DNA from: Vicugna vicugna
Lineage: Eukaryota
NCBI GenBank assembly: GCA_013265495.1
Contig: MU058337.1
Coordinates: 2,510,686-2,574,685 of the forward strand
Direction of reading: 5' to 3'
Length of the DNA stretch: 64,000 nucleotides
How positions within the stretch are numbered: position 1 is the first letter of the stretch; every line of letters begins with the position of its first letter. A program made the translations under genes and the position numbers. Shown in pieces: positions 25,365 to 39,725 of this stretch. A model generated the notes under the pieces. It saw only the letters and a list, made by a program, of their open reading frames with translations, searched no databases and was not told the origin of the DNA.

Positions 25365-26245
25365 CAGTTGTCCTCTCGTTCGGAGTCTCAGAACTCTGTG
25401 ACACTGCTACGAATCACTGAGAACTGACTCCAAAGATATTTGCCTTACTGGAAGTTAAAAGTGATAAAATTTAAATGTTTGTTTATACGTTATTTAACAT
25501 AAAATAGCAATAGACCCATAGGATGTTATTACCCATTATAATCTTTCCACAAAGAAGAATTAAAAAAAAAATAATGAGAATGGAATTCCATTCCATATTG
25601 GCTAATCTCTTTAATGTCAGCCTTAATTAAAGCTAGCTGGATTCTCACATTTGTTTTGCATTCTATCTGTAGCAATATGTGTTTTGATTGAATTATGTGA
25701 TGAAAATCCAGCTTCAAACAGATATGTAGTATTTTAGTGGTCATTTCAAAGAGTTGGGAAATTTTTCTTTGATACTACATCAAAATGTGACAAATGGTGT
25801 CTTTTTATAAAGTTGAGTTGCAACTAAAACAATACTAACAGACGCTTCCTACAATGATGCATTAAAATCCACTGATCTATCTGGCACTTTGGATGGGCAT
25901 TTTAAGCATGCATGTTTTTGTAATTATGCAGTGGCCATTTGGAAAGTATTAGTTCATTCAATTACTTACATCTCCCCAATGTTGACATAGTTCATTATAC
26001 AATTAAAACAATTCACATCTGTTAATATCGCCACTAAGCAGAAGAGCCTCTAAGTATCGGGGAGTGGCCATCTTCATGACAGTGAAGACAAATTTTCAAA
26101 ATTCTGATTTTTCCTTCTTAGTTCAAATTTTATCATTGGTCAAACAAACTGTAAGTTATTTTTATGGAAGCAAAAGGCTCATTTTGTTCATTTTTGAGAA
26201 AAAGTTTGCAAAATTACTCAAAAATAAATACACATAGTCTGCCTA
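25365..26245 (-). mobile_element. Charlie1/Charlie1a 3' part
   Basis: Reverse-complement homolog of 6158-7087 (aatctctttaatgtc, agctggattctca, gatactacatcaaaa, cattaaaatccactgatctatc). Confidence 0.85.
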
Positions 26246-26589
26246 TAAGGAGGCTGGGGCAAAAAAGCATCGCTCTAAATATTTGCTAATCGGCAGGTTT
26301 GATAGGCTAGCAGGTAAAAGGTTCATGGATGAGTTTATGGCCTCATAGGTCCCAGAGTGGGTTTTCCCAGAATGCTTTTCTGTAATTCCCCAGGCCGAAC
26401 AGCCCTGCTTTTATAGCTCGAGTGTGCTGAGGTGTTGATTCAGCTGCGAGCCAGGACCCAGTGTGTCACCTATTGGAGTCAGCCTTAGCTCAGCGAGTCA
26501 AGGACCTTCTCCATCTTGCGCTCGGGTCCCCACTGGGAGTTGTCAGGGTTGGCTGGGTTGAATCTCTGTGTCCAGATAGGTTGGGGACC

Positions 26590-26820
26590 ATGGTTCAGAT
26601 TCTGGAGTCAGACTTCGTGCCCTCACATCCTGGCTGTGACTGTCTAAGAGGAAAGACTCGGGGTTCCGCCTCTCAGCTTTCTTGATTGTTAAGTGAGGTG
26701 AACAGTGGCGCCTTCCTCATAAGTTTATTGTCAGAATTAATTGAAATAGCACATAGAAAATAATTAACCTCACGCCTGACAGTATGTAATGCTCAATAAA
26801 TGTGAGCTGGCTTTATTATT
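26590..26820 (+). mobile_element. MIR SINE
   Basis: ttctggagtcagac...ctcagctttc...gcctgacagtatgtaatgctcaataaatgt. Confidence 0.8.
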
Positions 26821-29078
26821 AATGTCCTCAAAAGTGTTAAAGAATGATTGTCGAGTGTGTGTCGAGTTTTTATCATGGAAGAAAGGGTGCTGTTTCTCTT
26901 CCAACACACATACTTGACACGGTTCCCACTGATTCTAGGCACACAAAGACAGTGTGTCTGGCCCCTCCCAGCAGTTTCTTCATGTCTCAAGTGTGGTCCT
27001 GTTCACTGGATGTTCCCACTCCCACACTGGGCCATTCATCTGGGGAGCCAACATTTTATTTGAATACACAGTGTTAGGCAAAGAGAACATTAGACTGTGA
27101 TACTCCGGGACATAATGGGTTTGTCCAGGTTTAAGAGATTATAAGATAGCAAAGAACTCTGAAGGTGGGGGGCACCTTGAGGGGAAAACTGGCAGTGAGG
27201 ATTCCAGTTACAAGGGTACTGTTAGGTACAAATCGATGAGAGCCTCCGTCTACTCAGCAGCCGAAGAGATGGAGAAAGGGCGGGCACACTCCCGGGACAC
27301 TGGATGATCACTTGAGTTTTGTTTATTCCTTTGTTCCCCAAACATATCTGACCATATTATCCTCTAAGTCTTGAATCACTGATAAAACATCATGTGTCAA
27401 GAGGTTCCGTGGGTGGGAAGCACCAGCTAAATTTTTTAACGTTAATTAATACAGTGCCACTTCTCATATGCTCGTACCTGCTTCCCAAGCCCTTCTAACT
27501 GTCCATTTCACTTGTCTATATTTTGCTGATTAAAATGCCGGGAAGTCTCCCAGCATTACCCCCACCTGGTGTATTTATTTACTCTACTCTGACTCATCCC
27601 CAAGCTCTTGTACCCTCCTCCCAAACCCCTGATTCAATTGCTCCAAAGCCACTGGTTTCTCATTCACCCAGTTAATATGGGTATTTTCTCATTTCATCTC
27701 ATTTTTCTTAAGATACTATGTTTGGAAGCATTGTTCATTTATATTTTCAGCATTTAAAAGCCTATTTAGGATCACTTTACTGCCAGAAACCTTTCTGTAG
27801 CTAGAAAAAAAAGATTCCACCCAACCTGGAATCTAACTTAAATCAAGAGACTCCTTTTGCCATTATGAATAAATATGCACTCTATTTACAGGGTCATATT
27901 CATACAATCTATGATACAAAACAAGTAGACTCTCTATATTTGAATTTTTGGAGCTAGCTTGTCAACTTCTCAAAATGAGTCAGCATCGTAAGCGTGCACC
28001 TCTGAGCCCTAAATAAGACTTGTCTACCTCCAGCAGACCAGTGGTGAGCATGAGATATATAACCTTGAAGAAAATTAATTGTTGAGAGTTCTTCATCCTA
28101 TGGGAAGATTAATACTTCAAAATGTTTAAGTATTTTCACTAAGAATATTGAGTCATGAAAGGTTAGTGTTTATTAAACTTTCATTTTCAGAAAGTTTATA
28201 AAATATGGTTTTTATCTTAAGGACATAGAAACCACTGCATTTCTTATTCAGCAAAATCAAAGAATGGAAAGGAGTAATTGTAATAAAATCCATATACTCT
28301 AGTTCAGATGTGTCTCCTAAAAAGACTTTTGGAGAAAAATCTTTATATTTTATTAAAAGTAAATATTATAGTTGTCATTTCCCCACTAATGTAGTAAATA
28401 TGCTATCAATATAAGGGGAAATTTCTCTGTCCCTTATACGAGCCATAAGTTTATCTCATTCAGAAAATTAAGTGATTTCTACTTGTTCTTTTTTCTTTTT
28501 TGTGTGTGTTTTCTTAGACTCAAACCACAGAATTTAAAGAATGGATTACATTTGTAGACATGTTTAAGGCTATTCATAAACCTTGTCAGAATACTTTAGA
28601 AAAAGTTGAATGTATTTATTCTCACTCAAGTTGTGTACAAGAACACCTGTCTCTGCATAGTCTCCTCAGTATGTACACGTTGCTTTTTTTGTTATAATTA
28701 AGAACTTTGGTTTTTTGAAAGCCATCAGAAAATAAATGCAGATGATAGATGTGTTTATTTTGTTTCTCTCCTAGGACTGACTATACTGTTGGATGTCTAA
28801 GACTAGTATAGGCAGCTAATTTACATGACAAAGTCATGAGATAATTTCAAAAGTAGAAGAAATCACCATCAAAAATAGGGAATTCATAAGAGTTTTTTGT
28901 TAGCATAGAGTCCCAAGGTTAGTGGACTGATTTGCTTAATGGTCTTAATGAAGATAATATTTTATTTAATTCACATGCATCTTAATTACATTTGCTCTGA
29001 TCCTCTGCTCCAGATAAACTCTCTAACCTTAGTCAGTAGCTAGCATTAGGCTGCAGCAAACTTCTGGTAAGACAGTAC

Positions 29079-31038
29079 AAAAATTTAGCACAAATCAAGG
29101 TACTATTCTAGAAAAAGTATTTTGAAAAAAATATGTTAATATTAGATATAAGATGCAAAAGAAGGGTTATTGAAATCATCCAGTGCCCTAATAGTTCATA
29201 ATAAGATATTTATTATATAAGTGAAGAATTTATATTATTCTAATCTCCATATAATGAAAGATTTAAAATATTCTTCTCACTACTTTTGATTTGTAAATCA
29301 CTGAAGTAACGAATAAAAATAAATATTTTGCCAATATTATGGGTATCTATTTCTTTGAATCATTGATGCATAATTAAGCTCTGAATAAAATCAGATTATA
29401 TTAACTCCTGTTTGGAGAAGAATATAAAACACATGTCCAAAGTGATTTTACATACAGGCTGGACAATTGAACCTTCATCAATTTACCAAAGCTGAAGGAT
29501 GGTTTTAAGCTATAAAAATTCTAGAAAGACATGACATTGCTTTTAAGATAATTGCTGTGTCTCCAACTGAATATTTTATTGCTTAAATGTCAATAACTTT
29601 TAAAATGGAATGTGGCTTGTTTGCTTTGAGTTCCAAAATCAAGACCAGTATTATGGATACTAAATGAGATGACCATTTGTGTATAAAGAAACTACTTTCC
29701 ATCTTTTCCCATCGTTACAAGGGTTTGCTATTCTATCACAGAATTTTTTCCTTTGGTTTAAAGTCTTTTTTTAAAAATTAAGATATTTGTCTCTGTACAT
29801 CCTTCTCACTTTCTAATTAGTAAAAATTATAAAAATATTTGAAGTATGTATTATTTTATTTTTTCTTTTAATATAATTACCCATTTATATGAATATGACT
29901 GAAAATATGACTTACTATGTGTAGAGAAAAAGGAAGACTGAGGAAAGAGATGAGAAATGTAAATTCATAATTATAATGTCCTACAGGAGAAAAAGATTGT
30001 GGGGATTCTGTACAATTATTTCATGCTGCTGATGTAGAAAATGATACTCAGAGAAATCAAGACTGAAACAATATCAATTCTGTTAAATAGTCCTAGCAAA
30101 TTTTAGTCTAAGTGCCAAATATCATTTCCAAAAAAAAAAAAAAGGTCTTTAAACTAGCTTGAATATTTGATTTCAATACAGTTTTACTAAATGCATCACC
30201 AATAATGTATTGGTACTCTACAGAAGAAAGTCAAATCTTTTTTTTTTAGTATGGCAATAAAATATATTAGACATGCATTATATTATAATTGAAATTAAAT
30301 AGGCTTTAAAATATGCTGCTAATTTATTATCGCATATTTATTATGATGACTATGTCTTAGTACTGAAGTATAATAAGAATGTTCTTAAATAATCAACATT
30401 GTTCACTTAGGTACCCAGAGCCGGTGGAATAAAAGTATATTCCATTGACAATCTCTTTCAATCTCTCTCTCTCTGTCGTTTTCTCTTCCTTTACGCTAAA
30501 ACGGAATTTACAGTTTACTGGCAGAACTAAAAGTGGAAACGATCAGTCACTTAGTTCCATGAAGAAAAATAACAACATGATGTGACCTGTTTGCAACTTG
30601 TATCCAAAGGCAAGAACCCTGAACAAGCCACTGATGAAAGACAACAGAAACTGGTAGCACACTGTTAGGAAAACGTGACAACATGAAATCAAAATGAACT
30701 GACACAGAGCGAAAGCTCCAAGCCCACCTCACGGCTGAGGAATGCCGGTGCTGATGGCAAGGGTTTGTCAGCCTCCTGTAAGCTCCATCCAGAAGAGGCA
30801 GAGCCCTGGCTCCGGCGGCTGTGCTGAGGGAGCCCGAGGCTCAGAGGCTTGCCCAGGCCTGAGCACTTAGGGAATGGGTCTCTGGAAGGAGATTTATGGA
30901 TCTCGAATTGCTGGCTTCAGTCTCTTTCAAATCAATATGATGCTTTTAGTCATAAAAATTTAACACAAATCAAGGTACTATTCTAGAAAAAGTATTTTGG
31001 AAAAAAATGTTAATATTAGATACAAGATGCAAAAGAAG
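29079..31038 (+). repeat. Dispersed direct repeat, ~85 bp (29079-29164 and 30954-31038)
   Basis: Shared core cacaaatcaaggtactattctagaaaaagtattttg...atgttaatattagata(t/c)aagatgcaaaagaag. Confidence 0.95.
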
Positions 31039-32959
31039 TCATGTATCTTTGTAGAGAAATAGTCTTGCTATGTGTTATCCAAATAAGGGGTGAGAATTAA
31101 ATATATGAAAGCATCGATGGGCTACAAGTTACAAAAAGAATCTACAATGAGAACATATTTGGAAAAAAAAAGAGAAAATGTATTTGACACACACAACGGT
31201 GTACAAATTGAGAATACGGCTGGTGTGTTTTAGTTGGTTCGTTGGTTCAGAGGGAACAGCAGGGAGCGTCACTTTGTGCAGGAACTCGGGGGCAGAATGT
31301 TGGCTGATGCAGGGGACCCTGGTCCCCTTGGCCTCTTGTGGAAATCAGATCCTGGAGCACCACACGTCTGGGGCAGCAGACACTGGCAGCGTCTGTTTCG
31401 CGAAGCCGCCTACCATGGCGCTTCGCCCCACTAGCCTTCCTTCCCTTGCTGCTTCCTCCTCCCGCTGTGCTCCCGTCTCTCGTACCCCTTGGGGCAGAGA
31501 CCCAGAGACCCGGGTGCAGAGAGCTCCGTCCCCTGGCACTGTTTGCATCACTTGCAGTTCAGGTGTAACCAAGGCTCTGTGACACGTGTCTGAGTAGCTT
31601 CCCTAGCGGGGTTCTACACGGCATTTACAGTCTCATTAATTTTGTTGGGAAGCTTCAAGGAAGGCTGGATGGAAGATGCATCAGACGTCAACAGAATTCA
31701 GCAGCTGATTCGGGGATAAAGTAGGTGTGACTGTCTGCTCCTGATTACTCAACTCAGACGATCCCATCAGCAGTCAGGGTTTGAAGTCAACTGCCTGTCT
31801 CCAGCTCCCAGATCTAACTCAGCTGCCTGGTTGTGTCCACTTCATCTAAAGATTTCCTTCCACTGGGGTCCTCCCACGGGAGGCAGCCCACAGCCCGTCT
31901 CGAAGATTCCAGATGGACTATTTCCACCTTTCCCCTGCCTTCTTTGGGCTCAGAACTTCCACACTAGTGTTGGGGAGCCAAGTGGTGGAGCTTTTGGCAG
32001 CCTTCTCTCTCCAGGTGTCCTGGGAGCTTTAAGATCTCTGAGCGATCCACCCCCTCGGGAGTGTCATGGCCCTGTCACAAATAATGAAACCACCTCATCA
32101 CCTCCTTTCATGTGACCTGCTGTATCACAAGCTTTCCTGCCCTGCGGATCCTGTGAACACCTGGGAAGAGGTGACTCACCCATCTTGAGCCATCTGGAAC
32201 TCACAGTGACTCACCATCAGCTCCCAGGGAACATCTGCTTCCCATTATCTCAAGGGCAGTGTGGCCCACAGACAGGCAATGTGGCCTCTTGACTATTGTT
32301 CATTCTTATAATTGTCCCTCACCCCTAGTGGACACTCCAACCCTTGGGGTGATCCAGCCGAAGCTCCCAGCCATGGACCAGGACAGCAGAATTCATACCA
32401 ACTCATGGTTATACGCTTGGTTCCCGTGTCCTGCCTCCTGTAGAGAGTCCGGAGGCCCTGTGGCTGGAGGCTCCAGCAGAAGCGCTCCATCACCCTGTCC
32501 TTGTCCGAGACGACAGTTGTAAGTGAGGAACAAACACTGATCTCAGGCTTTCTGCTTCTGCTGGCAACGCTAACTCCCTCGCATCTGATAGCCCCTTGCT
32601 GAGGGACTGAGCTCAAACAGGACACCAAGCCTGCTGAAAGGAGGCCCCGAACTCAGATGTGTAAGGACACCTAGAGATGTCTCCTGGGGTCATGCCCAGG
32701 AAATTCCTACTTTTCTCTGTCTAGTCATTTAGGTAGGAGCGACTATTTCTTTAAAGCACCTGTTAAAAATATGCTTATCACCTGGTCGGCAAAACTGCCA
32801 GCCTATCTGCTTCTGAAATAACATTTTTTACCCTCGGTCCTGTTACTAAGGTTGAAATGTTCTTACTTGTACCAGAGGTCAATTACTCCCTTATTCTATA
32901 AATCCTGTCCCATATAGCCTTCTCATGGAATTTTCCTTGCAATGATGCCATTTCTCTTC

Positions 32960-34150
32960 TGTGTCTCTAATTTCTTCCTCTCCATCAGATTATTCTCATC
33001 CTCCCACAAACAACACTCAATATTCTCCCATCCGGAAAGAGTGAAATAAAAGACACCATCACCTCTCATTCTTTCCCAATTCCCGATCCAACTCTGTAGG
33101 CCCTTCCTCAACAAGACATCCTGAAATCACTGTCTACAGTCACCCCACCTGCCCCTGCCCCCAGTTTCTCCACCACTGAAAACAGACTTGGGCCCCATCA
33201 CTTCACAGAGACTCTTCTTACCAAGGTTTCCAGACTCGTCCCCATTCATAACACTCAGCTTTTCTTCAGTAACACCTCAGCAACACACTCAAAAATAGCC
33301 ACACCTTCCTGCCTTCCCTTGGTTTCCAAAACACTGCATTCTTTTGCCTTTCATTCTCCGTCTCACCCACTTTTCCTTCATTCTTTGCTGATGCCTCTTA
33401 CACGTTCATCTCCAAATGATGACACTCCCCAAGGCTTTATTCCGCGTTTTCTCCCCTTCTCTAAATATGATCTGTTGTCCGTTGTTTCCATTCACTCCCA
33501 TGACTTTTATGCCAACTATATCTAACCCCAACTTTTCTCTTGGACTAGATTCTGTATCTAACTCAGTATTCTCAAATACATGGCTAACTAATATTTCTAA
33601 TCCCAAACTTTAGAATCACAGCCAATTGTCCACTTCCATGTTCATGCAAATACCTACCAGCCATCTCAGTCTTAACTCACTGAAAACAACTCATTTCTTA
33701 CATTTCCAAAATTGTTTCCCTGCTCGGATTTCCACATTTCCATAAGCAGAACAAATTGCTTAAGCTAAAAATCAAGACTTTGTCATTGCTTCTTCTCTTT
33801 GATTTGGTCTTTGACTTTCTACATGGCCAGGCTAGGAGTGCTGGGATGGAAAAAAGAAGTGTCAATATCTCACCAATATATATCCTGTCACATCATTGCC
33901 ATTTTTATTACTGCCTCATCCAGGGCATGTCCATATCTTGCCTGGACTATTAACATGGCCTCTTACCTGGCCCCTGCTCGGCTGTCACCGCTTCTCCATG
34001 CTCTCAATCAAGCATCCAGGAGAACTTTGAAAACCACACAAAATACACGACATTCTCATGCTTAAAACTTTTAGCTGGCTTGTCATCATCAGTCTTTGAA
34101 AAAAAAAATCCCTTTCTCTTGCTTACAAGTGCTACATGTTCTGACCCTGT
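32960..34150 (+). mobile_element. L2 LINE fragment (~1.2 kb, degraded)
   Basis: Pyrimidine-rich L2 body with cactcccatgactttta, tcttgcctggactattaacatggcctc, tgcttaaaactttt. Confidence 0.75.
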
Positions 34151-35329
34151 CTCCTACCATCCTCTTATTTGCCTTCTGAACATGACAGTAAAATTAATTC
34201 ATCAAGAAAAAGCATTGTGCAACTGGATTTTCTAAAGGTAGTCAAGTACCAAGGAAGATGGGCTGGAAACAGCCAGACTCAATCATCCTCTAGGGTCACA
34301 CTGTCGGTCGATACAGAGACCATTAGGTTCTCACCTGCCTTTGGCTGAAGAGGCTGAAATCGTCTGTGAACATCTGCGCTGCCCGCCCTGTCCGGCTAAG
34401 TGCTCAGGTTACGGCAGACACCTTTGCGGGTCATTACGACCAGTCAGAATTAAGGCCTTATCATCATTCTTTGAAGTGCCTAGTAACTCCAGACAGAGCT
34501 GCATGCCCAGAAACCTCCCCAGCAGAAGGCTCCTGCCTCTGTTCTGTCTCCACGCAGTCATAGACTCGGCCCGGCTCTTAAGAAAGTGGGTGGGAAACAA
34601 GAATCTACCGTGAAACAGCTCACTGCTGGAAAGTGGTTCTTGCTTTAGCTCAGTTGCAGATTGATGCGATGTTGAAATGTTAACGGCTGTTTCTGAATGT
34701 CTCCCAATACGGCAGGCGTTAGTCTAAGCGCTTTATGTCCAGTTCTTGGGACTCTACCTAAGGCCGTCAGCACAGTGCCTGACTCAGCATGTTCTGTCAA
34801 TATGAGCTATTATTGTAAAATAATAATATTACCACGGCAACCCTGTGAGGTCAGTACTTCATCTCCTACAGTTGGCAGAAAGGAAATGAAGACTTACAGG
34901 GTCTTCATACGTGAGCAGGTCTGGCCCTTAAGCTACGGTGTACTGCTTAGGGAGCTCTGGCTGTGGTCATACCAGGATGGCCTTAATCAAAACTCTCCAC
35001 ATCCTTTCCCCTTGCAAAGATGGTTACCTACTGCACTTTATCACCATGCATCTCCCTGTGTATGTGAGGTGCCCCCTCCCCCCTCTCCTGCCAGCTCCTG
35101 GAGATGCTGATTTACATAAACTCGGTCCTTGGGACTAACACAGAGCCAGATGCACAGTGCATTCAGTAAGCCTTTGGTAAAGGAACCAATGGAAATACTG
35201 GCATGTGGCACGCAGCTCACCGAGGACCAAGGCAGAAGGCACTGTGTTACCCACTGCGTGGCACCTTCCCCCAAAACAGGGGCAAGTAACTGCCTTTCAG
35301 TTTAAATAGTCCCTGTGATAATTTTGAAG

Positions 35330-35546
35330 CTAACTCATAGGGCAGTCATTACGTGTCAGAAACTGTTCTCATCAAGCATATAACTCATTATCTAAATAAT
35401 CCTCCAGGGGTAGCAACCATTATTATCCTTATTTTACTTCTGCAGAAGCCGAGCCAGAGACCCACGGAACAACTTGTCCAAGGCGAAGACTGAAAAATGG
35501 GAGAGACTAGCCTCAAACTCAGGTTGCCAGGCTCGGGGTCCACTCT
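35330..35546 (-). mobile_element. MIR SINE
   Basis: tacgtgtcagaaactgttct...attattatccttattttac...aacttgtccaagg...caaactcagg. Confidence 0.75.
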
Positions 35547-36099
35547 TGCCAAGTTGGCTGGGCTGACTGTGGAGGTGGAAGGTTCTTGAAATGCAGGTAA
35601 ACTATATTCCCAGAAATTAGGCAATAACTAGAATCCAGTTAGTTAGAAATGATGATGGTTAATTTCACAAGGCTTCTAAATACTTACTAAAACAGAAAAA
35701 GGGGTGCATATTTCCCTAAAGGGTGCATGGGCACAGTGGATTTCCCACCTGCCAAAAATTAAGCCTTTGTGAACTCAGAACAGATGACATTAGTCTCTTT
35801 GCCTTGATGCTTGCTGTTTCCAACAAACCAAGGCTGATGTTGAAATCTGAAACATGTATCCACGTAGTCCATGTTGCTTTCTTACATAGGTATCGAGAAA
35901 GACAGACTCAACTGAAAACATATTGAGGGATGAAAGTTTTGCTGGGGATGCATTTTACATGGTGCCCAACAAAGCAGGAAACATGCCATATGGACATTTT
36001 CTTATCCATTCTTCCCCTAAATGATCTTTATTTATTTTCTTTCCAAATGATCTTTAGATTCAGAAAACAGCTATGTCAGAAATGTGTATATATATCTAT

Positions 36100-36121
36100 A
36101 CACACACACACACACACACAC
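36100..36121. repeat. (AC)11 microsatellite
   Basis: Read directly. Confidence 0.95.
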
Positions 36122-37124
36122 TCTACAATATTCCTGAATGCAGTATGAATTCTTACAATACAATATATTATTAAAAATAATTTATTGGCCGTAAGAGCTC
36201 TCAAATTGCATTTTTATTCACAATGAAACGTATGTGAATTTAGGAAGCACTTCAAAACATCTTTTTTCCCCAAAGCTAAGCATAAAATCTAAGAAGAAAG
36301 GAAGAAAATGTTCTACATAAAAAATCCCTCTGCGAATATGATGCATTCATAGTTTCGGCAATTATAGAAAGGACCTCTGGAACACACCTCCACAGCAGAT
36401 GTTACACGGTGTTTTGTTTGTCACAAGCATAGCTGAGTACACCACAAGAAGTGTATCATTAGACAGAAAATGGAAAAGTGCTAATACGCTCCTTGGCTGA
36501 AACAACAGTGTATTTCCAATTATTTATATCTTTACCTTTACAGATCTAAATTCCTGTGGCTGCTACAGGCTATGTTCTCTTTTCTGCTTTAGATGTTTTT
36601 TCTTCCACGTATAGGTTTATCATAACTGGGTCTGAATCACTGAAATAACAGAAGGTACATGGAGAGATTTTAGCAATGTCATTCAATAAACCAGATAACA
36701 AAGTTGATCTGCGCACGAAGGTCATTTTTGCAAAATTGGTACTGTTCATAAAAGGATTCTTGTTCACATAAATGTGATCCGTTTACAATACTTTTATAGA
36801 CTGAGCTTAGTATTTCAAGGTTCGAATGGAAGAAAGAGAAAGAAAAGGGAAATATGAGGGTAGAAAAGCACATCGGTCCTTAGCTCCTTATGAGCAAGTA
36901 TCCCAGGCTTGTTTCCTTTCACCTCTCACTTCCCGGCACACACCCAGGAGGCGACACTGGGACCTGGTGCAGACTTCACGTCCATAAAGGTGCCGTCTCC
37001 CTGAGAGGTTGGGATGGGTCTCCCTTTCTCAAAAAGACCCTGATTTTCCCAAACAACACAAAAGATCCAAAAAATGTTTAGGCCAACAGGAATGTATAAA
37101 CATCCTATAAATTTAATTTTACAC

Positions 37125-37335
37125 TCACATATGCATATATATATATATATAAATAAAAATTAAATACAGCATTTATGAACATAATATCTATATTGATTGT
37201 TATATGTATATATTATAATCATATAACAGATCATCCAGTATATATTATGATTATATATGATGAACTATAAACCATTATATTCATGTGTTTGCATAATTAA
37301 TTATATACTTGATAATGTGATTATATATGTATAAA
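37125..37335. repeat. AT-rich low-complexity / decayed (TA)n
   Basis: (AT)n run followed by degenerate TA-rich sequence. Confidence 0.7.
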
Positions 37336-38369
37336 AAGATTTTACCTCTGTCGCATGAATTACCCATTAGAGCTATTGACTTTTCATACCATCATGCTGC
37401 ATTAAAGAACTGAATTTAAACTCTGCCCTCCCACCCTAGGTAGCAGTGTGCGCCATCCATGCGTTCTTTCGGAGTCACGTACCCGCTGTCCTCTGTAGCA
37501 CACCTTTGTAACTTTCATCCAGGTTCTTTGAGGTGCAGTACCTTTGGGGCTCCGCATGTGATGCTGTGACTGAGATTTCATCTCAAGCCACACGTACTGA
37601 TTTCTGTCACATTAAGACTACTGTCATTAACCTTTTGTTCTGTAAATGTACACCTGTGCTCCATAATGTGTGTAAAATATTGCCTGTATTGCTTGTCAAC
37701 ATACGTTAAAGTTCTTGTTTATAATGACATCCTACCCTTGCAACTAGGAGCTCATTCCCCAGGAAAAAAAAGAGATAAATGTGTGTTCAATTTCTTGGTC
37801 TCTTTTTCCCCTGTAACTTTGGGCGACCTCTATAAGCATTCTGAAGCAGCATTGATTGAGGTTCTTTGAGGCCACATGTCTTCCCCCAAATGGTATTTTG
37901 TGGTTCAAAATCAAATCATGGAAGAAGGTAATATGAGAAGCTTGGTTGGAACCCAAACACTAGGTGACTTTCTTTTCTGAGGGATAATTTTGAGAAAACG
38001 TCACTTTTTGTGTAGCGATGATCAACTTTTCTACGCCATCCTCCAAAAAGTCCCACCAAGCAGAGGATCATCTGCAGTTACACGCCTTGAGCGTTTGGCA
38101 TTCTTGCTGTGACCTAGCTGAGTTAGCTGTTCTCCTGACAGTCTGTGCGGGAGCTTTTGCTGGTGCCTTCTCTGGGTCAGGGCCTGTGCCAGCATGGAGG
38201 ATGCAGCGGGCACCACACAGATGCCTAAAACAAGCACTGAACGCATCAACCGCATCATTTTTTGAATAAATATTCGTGGAAAGAAAAGTGCAGAGGAAAT
38301 GCATTGGGTCCTGTGGGATTATTTATCAGAGTTCTTCCCTAGCGTGAGGGATGCAGGACAGCCATCTGC

Positions 38370-38535
38370 AGCCTGACTCAGAGCTGGCCAGCGTCAAAAG
38401 CCAACTCTACCTCCTTGACTGTGACCATGGACAAGCCACTTAACACTTCAGTTTCTAAATTTCCCCTTCCATAAAATGATGACTTTAAAAATGATCATGT
38501 AAGTTCAGAGTGAGGATCAGTCAAATGTATGTTAA
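38370..38535 (+). mobile_element. MIR SINE
   Basis: ctgtgaccatggacaagccacttaacacttc...cataaaatg...gtgaggatc. Confidence 0.7.
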
Positions 38536-39725
38536 ATATATATATATATGTATGTATATAGTTATTTATTTAAATGTATATTCATTTAACATTATATATA
38601 TTATACATATATATACTCATAAAGCATCATTAGGTATAAGCATATATATAACATCTATTTTATAGAACAGACCCTGATACGTTGTAAGTTCCCTTTGTAT
38701 TACATATAATTATGCTTTTCATTTAAACTTGAGGAAGAAATATTCGAGGTAAAATATAAATGATAAGTAAAATGTACTCAAGTCGGGTGTGAGGGCAAAG
38801 GAAAGATGACTGAATCCACCAGAGGGAGACACAGAAGCCCGTGTCCAGGCCCCGCATTAGAGACTGTTTGGATCGGAAGACCACAGAGGTCAGCGTGCCC
38901 AAGCCCAGCGATCAAGGGAAAGAGTGTTGTATGACGAGGTGGTTTGAGGCAGTTAGATGTGTTTTTGCAGAAACAGGAGTGCAAAGACAACAAACAGGAA
39001 GAGCTAAAAGTGAGACCCTAAAGGAGGCAGAAGGAGCAGGCGGAAGGACCAGGTTGGGAGGGAGGCAGGACTTCAATGCACAGAAGAGAAGGAGGCTCGG
39101 AGCCCGCTGACTTCCTCTGAAGGCAGGAAGGCAAGAGCACCCTTTATAGTGTTTCTTGGTATTTGATCCTACATAATAATCCGTTCTGGGTTGGCTATGG
39201 TTCAGTCATTTAGTTCAGTTCTCAGTTCTTTGCTTTTACTGAATAAGGCACGATCGCTGGTGCTTCAAGGCAGGTTGCTTGCTGACTCTTTAGTCCACCA
39301 TCCTCTCTCCTAATGACACTGAGATTTGAAAGTTCAGAGACAACATTTTATTCTTACTACCTTCAAAACAAAGATCTACTTTAGGCATCTAACTAAATGA
39401 GTGGATCACTAAATAATATACTAACAAGTGCTTAAGTCTTTGTAGAGTTTTGCCATATCTCACTGTATTTGCTGAATGCCTTCCATGACCTCGTAGAGCT
39501 ATTGAGCATTTCCTGGATTATGGGAATAAAGCATGCGACAGGGTACACAAAAACCTTTGCCTTTTGGAGTATCCATTCCTGTTGTGTCATTATCTCTACA
39601 GACAAAAATAATTTATAAATATTTAATGTAATTTCAAGCAGTGAAAAGAGCTATGAAAAAAAGTGAATCAAGTATTTGGAATCAAGTCTTATGGAGCAAG
39701 GTGTTGCTATATTAGATATGGTGTT

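Noticed and set aside
27975..27986. ARE/MARE motif TGAGTCAGCA (similar at ~34780 and ~60621)
   Set aside because: Isolated 10-mers with no supporting context; function cannot be claimed.
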